DNA of 64,000 nucleotides from Nitrososphaeria archaeon (GCA_029776065.1 JARVJP010000009.1:196514-260513); one strand, 5' to 3'; positions 8,961 to 18,959 are shown, numbered from the stretch's first letter. Notes: a model not told the origin generated them from the letters alone. A program made the numbers and translations.

Positions 8961-9710
8961 TTGAAGACTGAAAACAAAAGGACCGTTACACATATAGTCA
9001 AACAATTACTCAATTTATCAATAAAAGAAATAGACCATGTAATCGGCAATAATCATTATGATTATCTAATGGACGTTAAAGAATATGTTGAACTCTCCTC
9101 AACATTTAAAAGCGATTATTGGAAAATAGTCAATAGGGTGGTTGATAACGGCTATGTCTATTTAAAGACAAATGAAGTCATAAGGCTTATTCGTGATAAA
9201 ATCAAAACAGAAATCTATAAGAGAATCAAAGAATCACCTGTTCCTAACATACCAAAGAATCTTCAATATTTAGTTGGAATCGTAAAAAATCGCCCATTGC
9301 CTAGAGCACCTCTTGAAAGTTCGCAATTAACTACTTATCCACCATGTGCAATGCGTGTTATTGCTAGATCAGAAGCTAATGAAAATCTTTCACATTTTGA
9401 GCGCTTCTTTCTAACTGCTTTCCTTCTTAAGACAGGAAAAAGTGTAGAAGATGTAATAAAGTTTTTCTCTACCTCTCCAGACTTTAATGAGAAAGTTGCC
9501 CGTTATCAAGTGGAACATATCGCTGGTTTAAAGGGTGGAAGAAAAGCATATAATGTCCCTGATTGCAAAACGTTATTTTCTCAGTCATTATGTTATAAAG
9601 ACGAATCTTGTAACGGTATATCTCACCCTCTTCAATACGGTAAACGTTATGTAAAAAGAGGTGAAAAAAGTTCTGATCGAAAAGGACACATTCCTAAAGA
9701 AGACTTTTAA
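8961..9710 (+). CDS. priL: DNA primase large subunit PriL (core and C-terminal Fe-S domain). The conserved N-terminus continues in-frame upstream to ~8646 without a canonical start codon.
   Basis: …YPPCAMRVIA…FFLTAFLLKTGKS…CKTLFSQSLCYKDESCNG… (PriL Fe-S cysteines). The in-frame upstream translation …EDLAKYPFLQEARLRISQLG… is also PriL-like. Confidence 0.75.
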   Translation: MKTENKRTVTHIVKQLLNLSIKEIDHVIGNNHYDYLMDVKEYVELSSTFKSDYWKIVNRVVDNGYVYLKTNEVIRLIRDKIKTEIYKRIKESPVPNIPKNLQYLVGIVKNRPLPRAPLESSQLTTYPPCAMRVIARSEANENLSHFERFFLTAFLLKTGKSVEDVIKFFSTSPDFNEKVARYQVEHIAGLKGGRKAYNVPDCKTLFSQSLCYKDESCNGISHPLQYGKRYVKRGEKSSDRKGHIPKEDF

Positions 9711-10845
9711 GAAATATTATTACGGTTTTATTACAAAATTAAGAGTTCCCAGCAGACTACCTGAAAGAGAAATTGGTTACTTGACTTTCTCTCCTGAAAG
9801 AATGGTTCGTCATTTAGCGCTTAAAAGCGAAGGCGAATTAAGAGCTCTTATATTGCATGAAGTTCCTAAAGCGTTATATTATTCTTCAGCATATTATGAT
9901 GACCCTTCAGCGCCAATTAATGAGAGAATATGGAAAGGCGCAGATCTAATATTCGATATCGACTTGGATCATTTACCTTACGAAGAGAATCTAATGACTT
10001 CATTTTATATATGCCCTATATGCAAAAACATGTTTGATAATCTAATAAATAAGAATTGTCCCAACTGTAATTCTCAAACTATTGAAGAAGTTAAGATCGC
10101 TACAAAGAAAGGCCTTGAATCTTGTAAAAAAGAAATAATCAAACTAACTGAAATTCTAGAAAAAGACTTTGGCCTTTTAAAGGACAATTTTTGTATTTAT
10201 TTTTCAGGAAAAAGAGGATATCATTTAACAGTAGAAGGGTCAAAATATGAAATAGCAGATCAACCCTTTAGAATCGAACTATCTGACTACTTAACTCTTA
10301 ATGGTTTTAAAATAAATAGGATTCTAAATGAAAACATTTCCATTGAACAACAGATCCACCAATTTCCGTCCCCATGGGAAAGAGGGTGGTTGGGTCGCTT
10401 CTCTAGAGAATACATTAAAAGTACTTTTAGCGATTTTATAAATCACGATGAAGACTCATTTAGAAAGATTTTGCTTTCTATTTTATCTAGCTCTAAGCAT
10501 GAAAACCTCTTATCCTCCTTAGAGTCAATAAAAAAGCGTCTAAGTGTTAAAATAGATGTAGCAGTTACAACAGATGTGCATCGAATTTTCCGAATGCCAG
10601 ACACTCTGCATGGTGGTACAGGACTAGTAAAAAAGAAAGTTGACGAAATAGACAAGTTTTCTCCTTTAACAGATGCAGTGGTTCTTTCCGATGAACCTAC
10701 TAAAATACATGTTCTTTATTCCCCAAAACTTGAATTAAAAGACACCTTTTATGGGCCATATAAGAACGAGGACATTACTCTTCCTGAATATGTCGCCACT
10801 TTTCTGGTAGCAATGGGGTTGGCCCAAACTATAGAAAATAGTTAA
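9661..10845 (+). CDS. priS: DNA primase small (catalytic) subunit PriS
   Basis: Catalytic motif …GADLIFDIDLDHL…. Internal zinc ribbon CPICKNMFDNLINKNCPNC. …RMPDTLHGGTGL…. Confidence 0.8.
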   Translation: MKKVLIEKDTFLKKTFKKYYYGFITKLRVPSRLPEREIGYLTFSPERMVRHLALKSEGELRALILHEVPKALYYSSAYYDDPSAPINERIWKGADLIFDIDLDHLPYEENLMTSFYICPICKNMFDNLINKNCPNCNSQTIEEVKIATKKGLESCKKEIIKLTEILEKDFGLLKDNFCIYFSGKRGYHLTVEGSKYEIADQPFRIELSDYLTLNGFKINRILNENISIEQQIHQFPSPWERGWLGRFSREYIKSTFSDFINHDEDSFRKILLSILSSSKHENLLSSLESIKKRLSVKIDVAVTTDVHRIFRMPDTLHGGTGLVKKKVDEIDKFSPLTDAVVLSDEPTKIHVLYSPKLELKDTFYGPYKNEDITLPEYVATFLVAMGLAQTIENS

Positions 10846-10885
10846 TAGGTGATAAAGGATAAAAGCACTATTATCTAAATCTTTA

Positions 10886-11458
10886 GTGATAAAATTAATG
10901 TCTCTAAATATAGAAGCTCTTTACGAATACCTACTTAATGAAATTCTAAACGCTGATTTGACAAAGATAGATGAATCCCTTTACGAAAATATAGCACTTT
11001 ACTTCAAAAATACTAGAAATGGAGGAAACCAAACCAACACAATAAATAATGTTCTTCTATCTGAAGAACGCTTTCTTGTGATATCTTTAATTAGAAGACT
11101 TGTAGAATTAAGATTTAAAAAAATCCTTTTGGATCCGCAAAGGAAATTATCACTTTCAAACTTGACTGCAGAAGAAACATATCTTTATGAATCCTTCAAG
11201 AGAACTTGTATTTTGATGGATCGTTTTTTGAAGAATATCGAAATGGGTAATATAAATGCACTGCAAGAGGTCAAAAAGAAAGTCATAAAAAGAGCGGTTC
11301 TAGTGAAAATACACTCTGAAATCCCTCCTTTTATGGGCGTTGATCTTCAAAAATATGGTCCTTTTGAACCAGAAGATGTCACAATTATACCTTATACTAA
11401 TATCGAACCCTTTTTAAACAAGTTATCAGTGAGCGAAGGCTGGGTAGAGCTTTCTTGA
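10886..11458 (+). CDS. GINS subunit (Gins51/Gins15-like)
   Basis: 190 aa with an alpha-helical N-terminal domain and a beta-rich C-terminus (…VLVKIHSEIPPFMGVDLQKYGPFEPEDVTIIPY…). Gins15 genes are typically co-operonic with priS in archaea. Confidence 0.5.
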   Translation: MIKLMSLNIEALYEYLLNEILNADLTKIDESLYENIALYFKNTRNGGNQTNTINNVLLSEERFLVISLIRRLVELRFKKILLDPQRKLSLSNLTAEETYLYESFKRTCILMDRFLKNIEMGNINALQEVKKKVIKRAVLVKIHSEIPPFMGVDLQKYGPFEPEDVTIIPYTNIEPFLNKLSVSEGWVELS

Positions 11459-11736
11459 AAATCCCCAAAGAAATAAAAACTTACTGCCCTAAATGTCGTT
11501 CCCACACTATACATTCTATTGCTGTTTACAAAAAAGGAAAAGAAAGGCGTTCTGCAGCAGGTGCTAGGCATCATGAACAAGACAAAAAAGGTTATGGTGG
11601 TCAAAAATTCCCTGAACTTGTCAGAACCGCCAAAACTACAAAGAAGGTTTCCCTAAAACTTAAATGCAAACAATGCAATAGAATTTTACAAAAACAAGGT
11701 ATAAGACTTAGAAAAGCAGAAATTATCGAAAAGTGA
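11455..11736 (+). CDS. rpl44e: 50S ribosomal protein L44e (eL42)
   Basis: MKIPKEIKTYCPKCRSHTIH… with a C4 zinc ribbon. Typical length 93 aa. Confidence 0.85.
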   Translation: MKIPKEIKTYCPKCRSHTIHSIAVYKKGKERRSAAGARHHEQDKKGYGGQKFPELVRTAKTTKKVSLKLKCKQCNRILQKQGIRLRKAEIIEK

Positions 11737-11742
11737 CGAACA

Positions 11743-11949
11743 ATGGTAAAAAAGGAAAAAATACTCGTCCCCAAACCTAGAAGTGCCTTCTGTGAAATAG
11801 AATGCAGTAACTGTAAGACTAGAAGGATCATCTTTTCTGCATCTACAACAACTATTAAATGTCCATCATGTAATGCACTCTTATGTGAAAGCCGAGGCGG
11901 CAAGGCAAAGATATATGGTAACATATTAAAAAGGCTAGACTCTGTATAA
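11743..11949 (+). CDS. rps27e: 30S ribosomal protein S27e (eS27)
   Basis: 68 aa, C4 zinc finger (CEIECSNC…CPSCN). Conserved L44e-S27e gene pair. Confidence 0.85.
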   Translation: MVKKEKILVPKPRSAFCEIECSNCKTRRIIFSASTTTIKCPSCNALLCESRGGKAKIYGNILKRLDSV

Positions 11950-12001
11950 ACTATTACAGTTAATTTTATTAATACATATTACAATGATGTTGTGAGTTCA
12001 A

Positions 12002-12753
12002 ATGTTCATTGCAAGAAGTGAAACGCCAGAAGAGTGGAAGGCAATTGCAGTCGCCATTTCTACTATAGTTGAAGAAGCTACATTTGAAGTAACACCCCAA
12101 GGATTAAACTTTAGAGGAATGGACCCATCACATATCGCTCTAATAGACTTAAACTGGCCCAACACCGCCTTTGAAAAATTTGAATGCACTCAACCTGTAA
12201 AAATCGGTGCAAAAATGGATGATTTTGTTAGGCTAATAAAGCGTGCTTCACCTAGTGATAAAGTCGAATTTGAAACAAAGGATGGTAGCCTTCTAATCAA
12301 ATTCTTCGATTCCTATAAAAAAGAATACTTGCTGCATTTAATTGAGCCCTATACTACTTCAACCCCTTTGCCCAAGCTCGCCTTAAATTCGAAAGTCATG
12401 ATAAAAACTAAATCCTTGGAAAAATTATTGGATGATATTCAAGTGGTTGCTGAAACAGTTACCGTCTCAGCAAAAAAAGATCAACTTATACTAGAAGGCC
12501 AAGGAGACACCGGGAACGCAAAAATAACTTTAGATAAAACGAATGAAGATCTGATATCAATTGATGTGAAGGAAGAATGTGTTGCGACCTATAGCCTATC
12601 ACACCTTCTTGATATAATTAGTTCTCTAACATCGGTATCTGAAAATAGATCGTATTGATAGAGTTTTCTACAAAAATGCCAATCAAACTAAACTTCAAAA
12701 TAGGCGCATATGGAATAGACTTTTGTTATTATCTTGCCCCAAGGATAGAATAG
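12002..12753 (+). CDS. pcn: DNA polymerase sliding clamp PCNA. The reading frame changes near 12647-12650 (C-terminal ~34 aa in the -1 frame).
   Basis: 12002-12658 encodes a PCNA-like N-terminus and core (MFIARSETPEEWKAIAVAIS…NFRGMDPSHIALIDL…). The canonical PCNA C-terminus …VLIEFSTKMPIKLNFKIGAYGIDFCYYLAPRIE* is encoded at 12649-12753 in another frame. Confidence 0.8.
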
Positions 12754-12788
12754 ATTCAAAAGTTATAACACCCTACTATTTACCTTAA

Positions 12789-13580
12789 TTGAATATGATG
12801 TCAGAAAGGGAACTAATGTTACCTGAAGAAGGTGAAGTCGTTCTAGCTACTATAACAGAGATTACTCCTTATGGTGCTTATGCAACTTTAGATGAATACA
12901 AGAATATAAAGGGATTTTTACATATTTCCGAAATTTCATCAGGTTGGGTAAAGCACATAGAAAGATTTATTCAAATTGGTCAAAAAACTATTTTAAAGGT
13001 TATTAGAATTAATAAGATTAGAAAAGAAGTTGACTTATCACTTCGAAGGCTTACTGAAGAAGAAAGACGTGACAAACTAATTCTCATAAAAAAGGAAGAG
13101 AAAAGTAAAAGCGTAATGAAAAAAGTCGCACTAGATCTACAATTATCTGAAAATCAATTTTCAAGTTATATTGGAAAAATCCTGTCAGAATACTCATCTT
13201 TGTACGCAATGATTGACTCCTTATTAGATAAAGGGCCTTCTGTTTTAACAAAACTTTCATTTCCAGAAGAATTTGCGCAAAGAGTTTATTTGACTGCTAA
13301 GGAGAAACTTTCCCCACCGCCTGTCACAATTAATGAAATTATACAACTTTCTTGTTTGGAACCGAACGGCTTAGATGTAATAAAACAAATACTTGGTTCT
13401 TTAAAGGTTGAACATGAAGATACTAAAATATCTATAAAATATGTGAGTGCACCTAACTATAGGTTATCAATAACAGCTCCGAACTATAAAATTGCTGAGC
13501 ATAGCCTAAGAAAGGTAAATGAAATTCTTCAGAAAGAATCCAAAAAGTTTAAGTGTACTTTTGCTGTGAAAAGAGTTTGA
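12789..13580 (+). CDS. eif2a: Translation initiation factor 2 alpha subunit (aIF2alpha)
   Basis: N-terminal S1 domain (…GEVVLATITEITPYGAYATLDEYKNIKGFLHISE…). 263 aa. Confidence 0.85.
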   Translation: MNMMSERELMLPEEGEVVLATITEITPYGAYATLDEYKNIKGFLHISEISSGWVKHIERFIQIGQKTILKVIRINKIRKEVDLSLRRLTEEERRDKLILIKKEEKSKSVMKKVALDLQLSENQFSSYIGKILSEYSSLYAMIDSLLDKGPSVLTKLSFPEEFAQRVYLTAKEKLSPPPVTINEIIQLSCLEPNGLDVIKQILGSLKVEHEDTKISIKYVSAPNYRLSITAPNYKIAEHSLRKVNEILQKESKKFKCTFAVKRV

Positions 13581-13748
13581 GTGTATACGAAGTCCCTACT
13601 AAGGAAATGTGTTAAATGCTCTGTTTACACGTTAAAGGAAAATTGCCCTAAATGTGGTTCAAAAACAATAATTCCACACCCTGCCAAGTTCTCTCCAGAT
13701 GACAAATATGCTTATTTAAAAGCCAAGTTGAAACATTCTAAACCTTAA
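13581..13748 (+). CDS. nop10: H/ACA RNP protein Nop10 (55 aa, GTG start, absent from the ORF track)
   Basis: VYTKSLLRKCVKCSVYTLKENCPKCGSKTIIPHPAKFSPDDKYAYLKAKLKHSKP*. This is the Nop10 zinc-ribbon plus PxxFSPxDKY motif. It lies immediately after aIF2alpha, as in most archaea. Confidence 0.75.
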   Translation: MYTKSLLRKCVKCSVYTLKENCPKCGSKTIIPHPAKFSPDDKYAYLKAKLKHSKP

Positions 13749-15825
13749 GCTTGTAGACCAATACTTGGCCGTTAGATTCGAAGGACGAACTATATTCTAG
13801 TTCAAAATATTTACTATTCTCCTTTCCTATTTTTTGATTATAAGAATGTGCAGTTATAATTTGATTGCCATATTGTATTGGTGTTGGGATAAAGGGCAAC
13901 ATTTTACCTAAGAGCGTTTCTTCCCAAAAATAATTTGTTGGCTGATTATTAACATCATCATAGTATAGTGTATAATTAAGTCCCGCGATTTTAGCCATCC
14001 AAGTAAATTTGCTTTCTTCTCCTCCTCCTCCAATTAAGTAAAGTCCCTCTTGGAATTTATGGTAGGTCACCACATAAACGACCACATAAATGTTCCTCTT
14101 ATTAGGTGCCAAATCTTTTATTATCTTGACAGCTTCCTCCTCTGAAGACAAAAACATCTTGCCCACTAAACCGACCTTGGTTGTGTTGATTGTGGCATTA
14201 TCAACTAAAGTAGTTCTATTACCTATTACTCTTATCCAATAACCATAATCCCACCACGATATTATAATTGAATCCTCTGGGGTGTTTTCTCTAATGTATG
14301 ATAATGCATCAATCCAATCTGAGCTTATAGCTTTAGTTGATAGTGATCCTGATGCTAAAGAGACAGGTTGATCTGCATATCTAATCCATATGCTACTGTT
14401 AAATACTAATATAATGATCAAAAAGGCGATAAAAATTATTTTAAAGTCGGTATTAGATACGCTTCCTCCCTTCTTTTTAGTAGAAAACTGGATTTGCTGT
14501 GTAAACAAGGATCTTATTATCACCAATATTCCTATAGCAGCGAGTATAGAAACACTGAAAGTGAGGTAAATCATCAATCTACCAAACGAAGCTGCAAAGT
14601 ACAACGCTGTTATAGCGAACATTATCGCTGATAATTTTTTGAACTCTACTTTTCTAAATATATAATATATGCTGAATCCTGCGAAGAAAAGCATTACAGA
14701 AAAGAAAGCAAAATATTCTACAGAGGTTGCTGAAGCGTGTTCAGCAACCGATTCTACTATAGGTTCTGCAGATCTTTCAAAGGGGAAAAGGACTGTCAAA
14801 TATCTTTTGGTGAGTCCTCCTACAGTTCCAAATCCTAAAAGAACAACTCCAATTAGAAAGGAGAGCAGTACAGAATAGAATTTATCTTTAATAGTTATTG
14901 AGAGAACACTTTTTTGTCTGATCATCAGTGTAAAACAACTCAGTAGTGCAGCATAAATTACAATATTAGAGGGATTTATTAGTACCATATATCCTGGTTT
15001 CTTAAACATCATGCTAATTAGAAGATTCCATACTAATAGTATAATCGCTTTTTCAAATAACGATTCATAAGATGTAACAAAGAATAGTGCAACAAAAAGA
15101 ATGATGCCTACAGTTCCAACAAAATACATAGCACCGCCCCAAATAGTCATTGAAAGTCCTAGTAAAATTCCTGCTATTGATGCTTTAATAATACTTAACA
15201 AGGTGGTTCTTTCCTCTTTTATAAAAGAAATAAGAAGGAGTAATGTAATTATTCCAAACAAATATGCAATAGGCTCTGTATCCCACCATCCAAATGCGTC
15301 TCTTGAAACTAGTGGTGGTGAAACTGCGGAAATAACTCCTGCAAATATGCCAACTGATTCTCCATCGATTTCTTTACCCAAAAAATAGATTGCTATAGAA
15401 ATGAATCCACCAATAACAACTGGCAACAAAACTAGATAATCATAAAGGCTAACATTGACTCTTAAAATGTCCCTTAAAATGATGTATGATAATGCCCCTA
15501 TATAATGAAGCCCACTAAAGGAGGTAGCAGCAACATTTCTTCCTTCAGGGTACCAAGCCATCAAGTCTATCCAATTAAAATAATCAAATAGACCACCAAA
15601 ACCCTTTTGGTCAAAACTTTTGACTATGTAATCTGTTGATAAGTATTGAAAGTAAGGGTCAAATTCGTTTATGTAGAAACCATACTTTCCTGAAAATAAT
15701 CTCGTACCTGTACTTAAAACAAAGATTATCACAATAGCGTAAATTAAAATCATCTTCTCTCTTTTTATTTCAGGTCTTTTAGGTAACCTTTCTTTAGAAA
15801 AAATTCTTTTAAGTTTTGGGTTCAT
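13738..15825 (-). CDS. aglB: Oligosaccharyltransferase AglB (STT3 family)
   Basis: 695 aa, polytopic N-terminus, and the WWDYGYW motif in the C-terminal soluble domain. Confidence 0.85.
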   Translation of the reverse strand: MNPKLKRIFSKERLPKRPEIKREKMILIYAIVIIFVLSTGTRLFSGKYGFYINEFDPYFQYLSTDYIVKSFDQKGFGGLFDYFNWIDLMAWYPEGRNVAATSFSGLHYIGALSYIILRDILRVNVSLYDYLVLLPVVIGGFISIAIYFLGKEIDGESVGIFAGVISAVSPPLVSRDAFGWWDTEPIAYLFGIITLLLLISFIKEERTTLLSIIKASIAGILLGLSMTIWGGAMYFVGTVGIILFVALFFVTSYESLFEKAIILLVWNLLISMMFKKPGYMVLINPSNIVIYAALLSCFTLMIRQKSVLSITIKDKFYSVLLSFLIGVVLLGFGTVGGLTKRYLTVLFPFERSAEPIVESVAEHASATSVEYFAFFSVMLFFAGFSIYYIFRKVEFKKLSAIMFAITALYFAASFGRLMIYLTFSVSILAAIGILVIIRSLFTQQIQFSTKKKGGSVSNTDFKIIFIAFLIIILVFNSSIWIRYADQPVSLASGSLSTKAISSDWIDALSYIRENTPEDSIIISWWDYGYWIRVIGNRTTLVDNATINTTKVGLVGKMFLSSEEEAVKIIKDLAPNKRNIYVVVYVVTYHKFQEGLYLIGGGGEESKFTWMAKIAGLNYTLYYDDVNNQPTNYFWEETLLGKMLPFIPTPIQYGNQIITAHSYNQKIGKENSKYFELEYSSSFESNGQVLVYKLKV

Positions 15826-15867
15826 GCTCTTGCCTCTACCTTAAAATGATTATAAAGTTAAAGATTT

Positions 15868-16932
15868 TCAACAGACCAATTTCAATACTTTTTCTGTATT
15901 ATAGTCTACTAACACACGTACATATCCTTGAAATAATTTTCTGACCACCACATCGTCTATATCTGCAACTAGATATCCTCTTTTAATACTAGCTAATTTT
16001 CTTTCTGTTGCTAATACTATTAGACCGTTTTTTCCAACTTCTTTTAATATCTTTGATGATATTTGTTGGTTTCCTCGACCAAGTATAATTCCTTGACCCC
16101 CTAATGGACTCACAACAATTTTTGCTTTTTTTCCTTTTATAATATCTAAAATTTGTTCCTCATTAACATCTCTTCCTACGACAGTTTTATTATATAATAT
16201 ATCTACTCCTAGAAGAGTACTTGGTTGCTTTAGTTCTTTCAATATTGCTTTAACAGTTGTACCAGGGCCTAATATGTAGTAGGTATCTTCTTCCATTTTT
16301 TCTAAAAAATATTTCACAATTCTTTTTTGATATTCCCAATCGATGTTTGATAATCCATTTTTCGTTCCTTGTATGTTCTCGAGTTTTGAAAGCGTTAAAG
16401 CATAGCCATAAATTTTAGGTTTAAATTTATTTAGCCGATAATCTGTCTCATCGACATCTATTATCTCTACTTCATCTAATTCATATTCTCCATTTAAGAA
16501 GTCAGCGAACATTCGTATTGAAGAACTTAATGTAACACAAAAAATGCCACTATACATCTTCACACCTGACGGTATTCCTATTAGAGGTACTTTATTTCTA
16601 ACAACGTTGAATATATCGCGAGCAGTACCGTCCCCCCCTACAAAAAATATGGCTTCTACACCATTTTCAAGCATTTTTTGACAAGATTTATTTGTATCCT
16701 CTCTAGTACTTATGTTACCTTTGTATTTGTAAATTACATTATAATCTATTCCTTTGTTTATGAGGTAATCCTCTCCCATTTTTAAGTTACAAGTATAAAA
16801 TCGGAAATTTCTTTTCCTTAAATTCTTAATTCCTTCTATAAATTCAAATGCCCTGATTTGTGATTTTGGTTCAACGTTTTTTACAATCGATAAAGCTATG
16901 GTCTTTTGGTCATCAGTGCCCTTTAATCCCAA
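15868..16932 (-). CDS. ATP-NAD kinase-like protein (COG3199-type, GGDGT motif)
   Basis: …FFVGGDGTARDI…. 354 aa. Distinct from the bona fide NAD kinase at 40037. Confidence 0.45.
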   Translation of the reverse strand: MGLKGTDDQKTIALSIVKNVEPKSQIRAFEFIEGIKNLRKRNFRFYTCNLKMGEDYLINKGIDYNVIYKYKGNISTREDTNKSCQKMLENGVEAIFFVGGDGTARDIFNVVRNKVPLIGIPSGVKMYSGIFCVTLSSSIRMFADFLNGEYELDEVEIIDVDETDYRLNKFKPKIYGYALTLSKLENIQGTKNGLSNIDWEYQKRIVKYFLEKMEEDTYYILGPGTTVKAILKELKQPSTLLGVDILYNKTVVGRDVNEEQILDIIKGKKAKIVVSPLGGQGIILGRGNQQISSKILKEVGKNGLIVLATERKLASIKRGYLVADIDDVVVRKLFQGYVRVLVDYNTEKVLKLVC

Positions 16933-17065
16933 TACGCCGCTTGGTTCCCTTTACGGGTCTAACCCGGCTATTGGATTAACTAAGAATCCAATCTTTCTCA
17001 TACATGTATACACTTTAGAGGTATTATTTTTAAGTCTATCTTTAATATGTCATGTGCGGTATTAT

Positions 17066-17656
17066 TTGAAGATAATAACAATAGAAGGAATAGATCAATC
17101 AGGGAAAAAGACCCAATCGAACTTAGTGGTAAGCCGACTAAAAAAAATGGGAGTAAATGCTATTAGGATCTCTTTTCCCGATTATGAAACTCCAGTAGGT
17201 CAACTAATAAAGAGAATATTATCAGAAGAGGTTCAAGTTCCAATAGAAGTCAAGCATATTCTTTTGTCTGCAAATAGATGGGAACTTAAACCAAAAATTG
17301 AACAGTTAATAAAACAACATTACATAATCGTATTTGATCGTTATTATCAATCAAATTTAGCCTATGGTATGGCTAATAACCTTCCCTTAAGTTGGTTAGA
17401 AAACTTAGATTCAGCTTTACCTCGATCAGACTTAACAATTTTAATAGACATCCTTCCGGAAGTCTCTTTTAGGAGGAAAGAAAACAATCGCGATGCCCAC
17501 GAAAAAGATATAGACTATTTGTCAAGAGTTCGAGCTTGCTTTATAGCATTAGCAAAGAGATATGATTGGGTGATTATCGATGGAGACCAATCAGTTGAAA
17601 AAGTGCATGAAAGTATTTGGCAAATAGTTTCCGAAAGATTAAAACATAACCTATAA
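17066..17656 (+). CDS. tmk: Thymidylate kinase (probable TTG start)
   Basis: P-loop (M)KIITIEGIDQSGKKTQ, then …FDRYYQSNLAYG…. The ORF-track start at 16898 adds 56 junk residues overlapping the neighbouring gene. Confidence 0.75.
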   Translation: MKIITIEGIDQSGKKTQSNLVVSRLKKMGVNAIRISFPDYETPVGQLIKRILSEEVQVPIEVKHILLSANRWELKPKIEQLIKQHYIIVFDRYYQSNLAYGMANNLPLSWLENLDSALPRSDLTILIDILPEVSFRRKENNRDAHEKDIDYLSRVRACFIALAKRYDWVIIDGDQSVEKVHESIWQIVSERLKHNL

Positions 17657-17669
17657 CTCTCCTTTCATA

Positions 17670-18959
17670 ATGGAACTGTTAGAAATTAAGGATCCTGTTC
17701 ATGGGTACATTAAGTTAACTGAATTAGAACAAAATATAATTGACACAAATGAATTTCAAAGACTAAGAAGAATAAGACAACTTTCAGGTGCACACTTCGC
17801 ATACCCAACCGCAATGCATACAAGGTTCTGTCATTCTCTAGGTGTATTGCATCTTGCTGGTTACATAGGGGATCTTTTCATTTCTAAAAAGATATTATTG
17901 AAAGATGATGTGCAAAAGATAAGGGTTGCAGCTCTTCTACATGATGTAGGTCATGGCCCATTTTCGCACTTATTTGAAGAAGTCATCTACTCTAAGAGAA
18001 ATATCACACACGAAGATCTGACTAAGAGAGTTATTAAAGAAACCATAATAAGGGATATACTTGAAAACTATGGTATAAGCTCGCAAAATATTTCTGATCT
18101 TTCGATAGGGCAGTCAAAAATGGATCCGGCCTTTATGAATGAAATTATTGGGGGTGGATTAAGCGTTGACATTATGGATTACATTCTAAGGGACGCTTAT
18201 TTTACAGGTGTAGAATATGGTAAGATAGATATAAATCGCCTGTTAAATTCATTTGATGTATGTGAAAAGGATGACCGACTGGCCTTGGACCATGCAGCAA
18301 TATACTCCCTCGAATCAATGATGTTTTCAAGATATGAAATGTTCAAAGCCGTCTACTTTCATAAAACTGTTCGCGCAGCTGAAATCATGCTTGTTCATGC
18401 TTTGTCACTTGCAGATGAAGTATTAAATTTCTCAGATCTTAAAAAAATCTCTGATCTAGTTAATTTAGATGATGAATCTATCATCTATAAAATTCTATCT
18501 TCAAATGATCCAAAACTAAAAGACTCACAATCTTTAATCCAAAACGTTTTAAATAGAAAACTTATAAAATGTGTATATGAAAAAGTTGTTCATAGAAAAG
18601 ATCCTTTAGTATATCAAATTCTCACCCAAAAAGACGTTCGTGATACGCTTATTCATTCCATAAGCTCAAAGGCCAACGTACCCGAAAGATCTATTTATGT
18701 AGATGTTCCTACCGCTCCATCCCTTCCTGTCAGTTCAAAACGTGAATCTTTGGTGGATATTTGCGTTTTTACCAGAACTAATAAAGGGAAAAATTTCTGG
18801 ACCATACCATTTCAAGAAAATGTAGTCCTCAACGCGATACACGGATATGTAGATCTGCTTAGAATATATGCTACAGCTGAATATAGGAAAAAAGTTGAAG
18901 CAGTCGTAGACAAGATATTCGGAACAAGTCACGATTTTATATCCAAACTTTCTGTTTGA
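17670..18959 (+). CDS. HD-domain dNTP triphosphohydrolase-like protein
   Basis: …TRFCHSLGVLHLAG…AALLHDVGHGPFSH… (dGTPase/SAMHD1-type HD motif). Confidence 0.7.
   Translation: MELLEIKDPVHGYIKLTELEQNIIDTNEFQRLRRIRQLSGAHFAYPTAMHTRFCHSLGVLHLAGYIGDLFISKKILLKDDVQKIRVAALLHDVGHGPFSHLFEEVIYSKRNITHEDLTKRVIKETIIRDILENYGISSQNISDLSIGQSKMDPAFMNEIIGGGLSVDIMDYILRDAYFTGVEYGKIDINRLLNSFDVCEKDDRLALDHAAIYSLESMMFSRYEMFKAVYFHKTVRAAEIMLVHALSLADEVLNFSDLKKISDLVNLDDESIIYKILSSNDPKLKDSQSLIQNVLNRKLIKCVYEKVVHRKDPLVYQILTQKDVRDTLIHSISSKANVPERSIYVDVPTAPSLPVSSKRESLVDICVFTRTNKGKNFWTIPFQENVVLNAIHGYVDLLRIYATAEYRKKVEAVVDKIFGTSHDFISKLSV

Noticed and set aside
16898-17065. N-terminal 56 codons of the ORF-track version of the thymidylate kinase gene
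   Set aside because: Overlaps the 3' end of the upstream opposite-strand gene. The translation is non-protein-like. The canonical Tmk N-terminus (MKIITIEGIDQSGKK) begins at the TTG at 17066.
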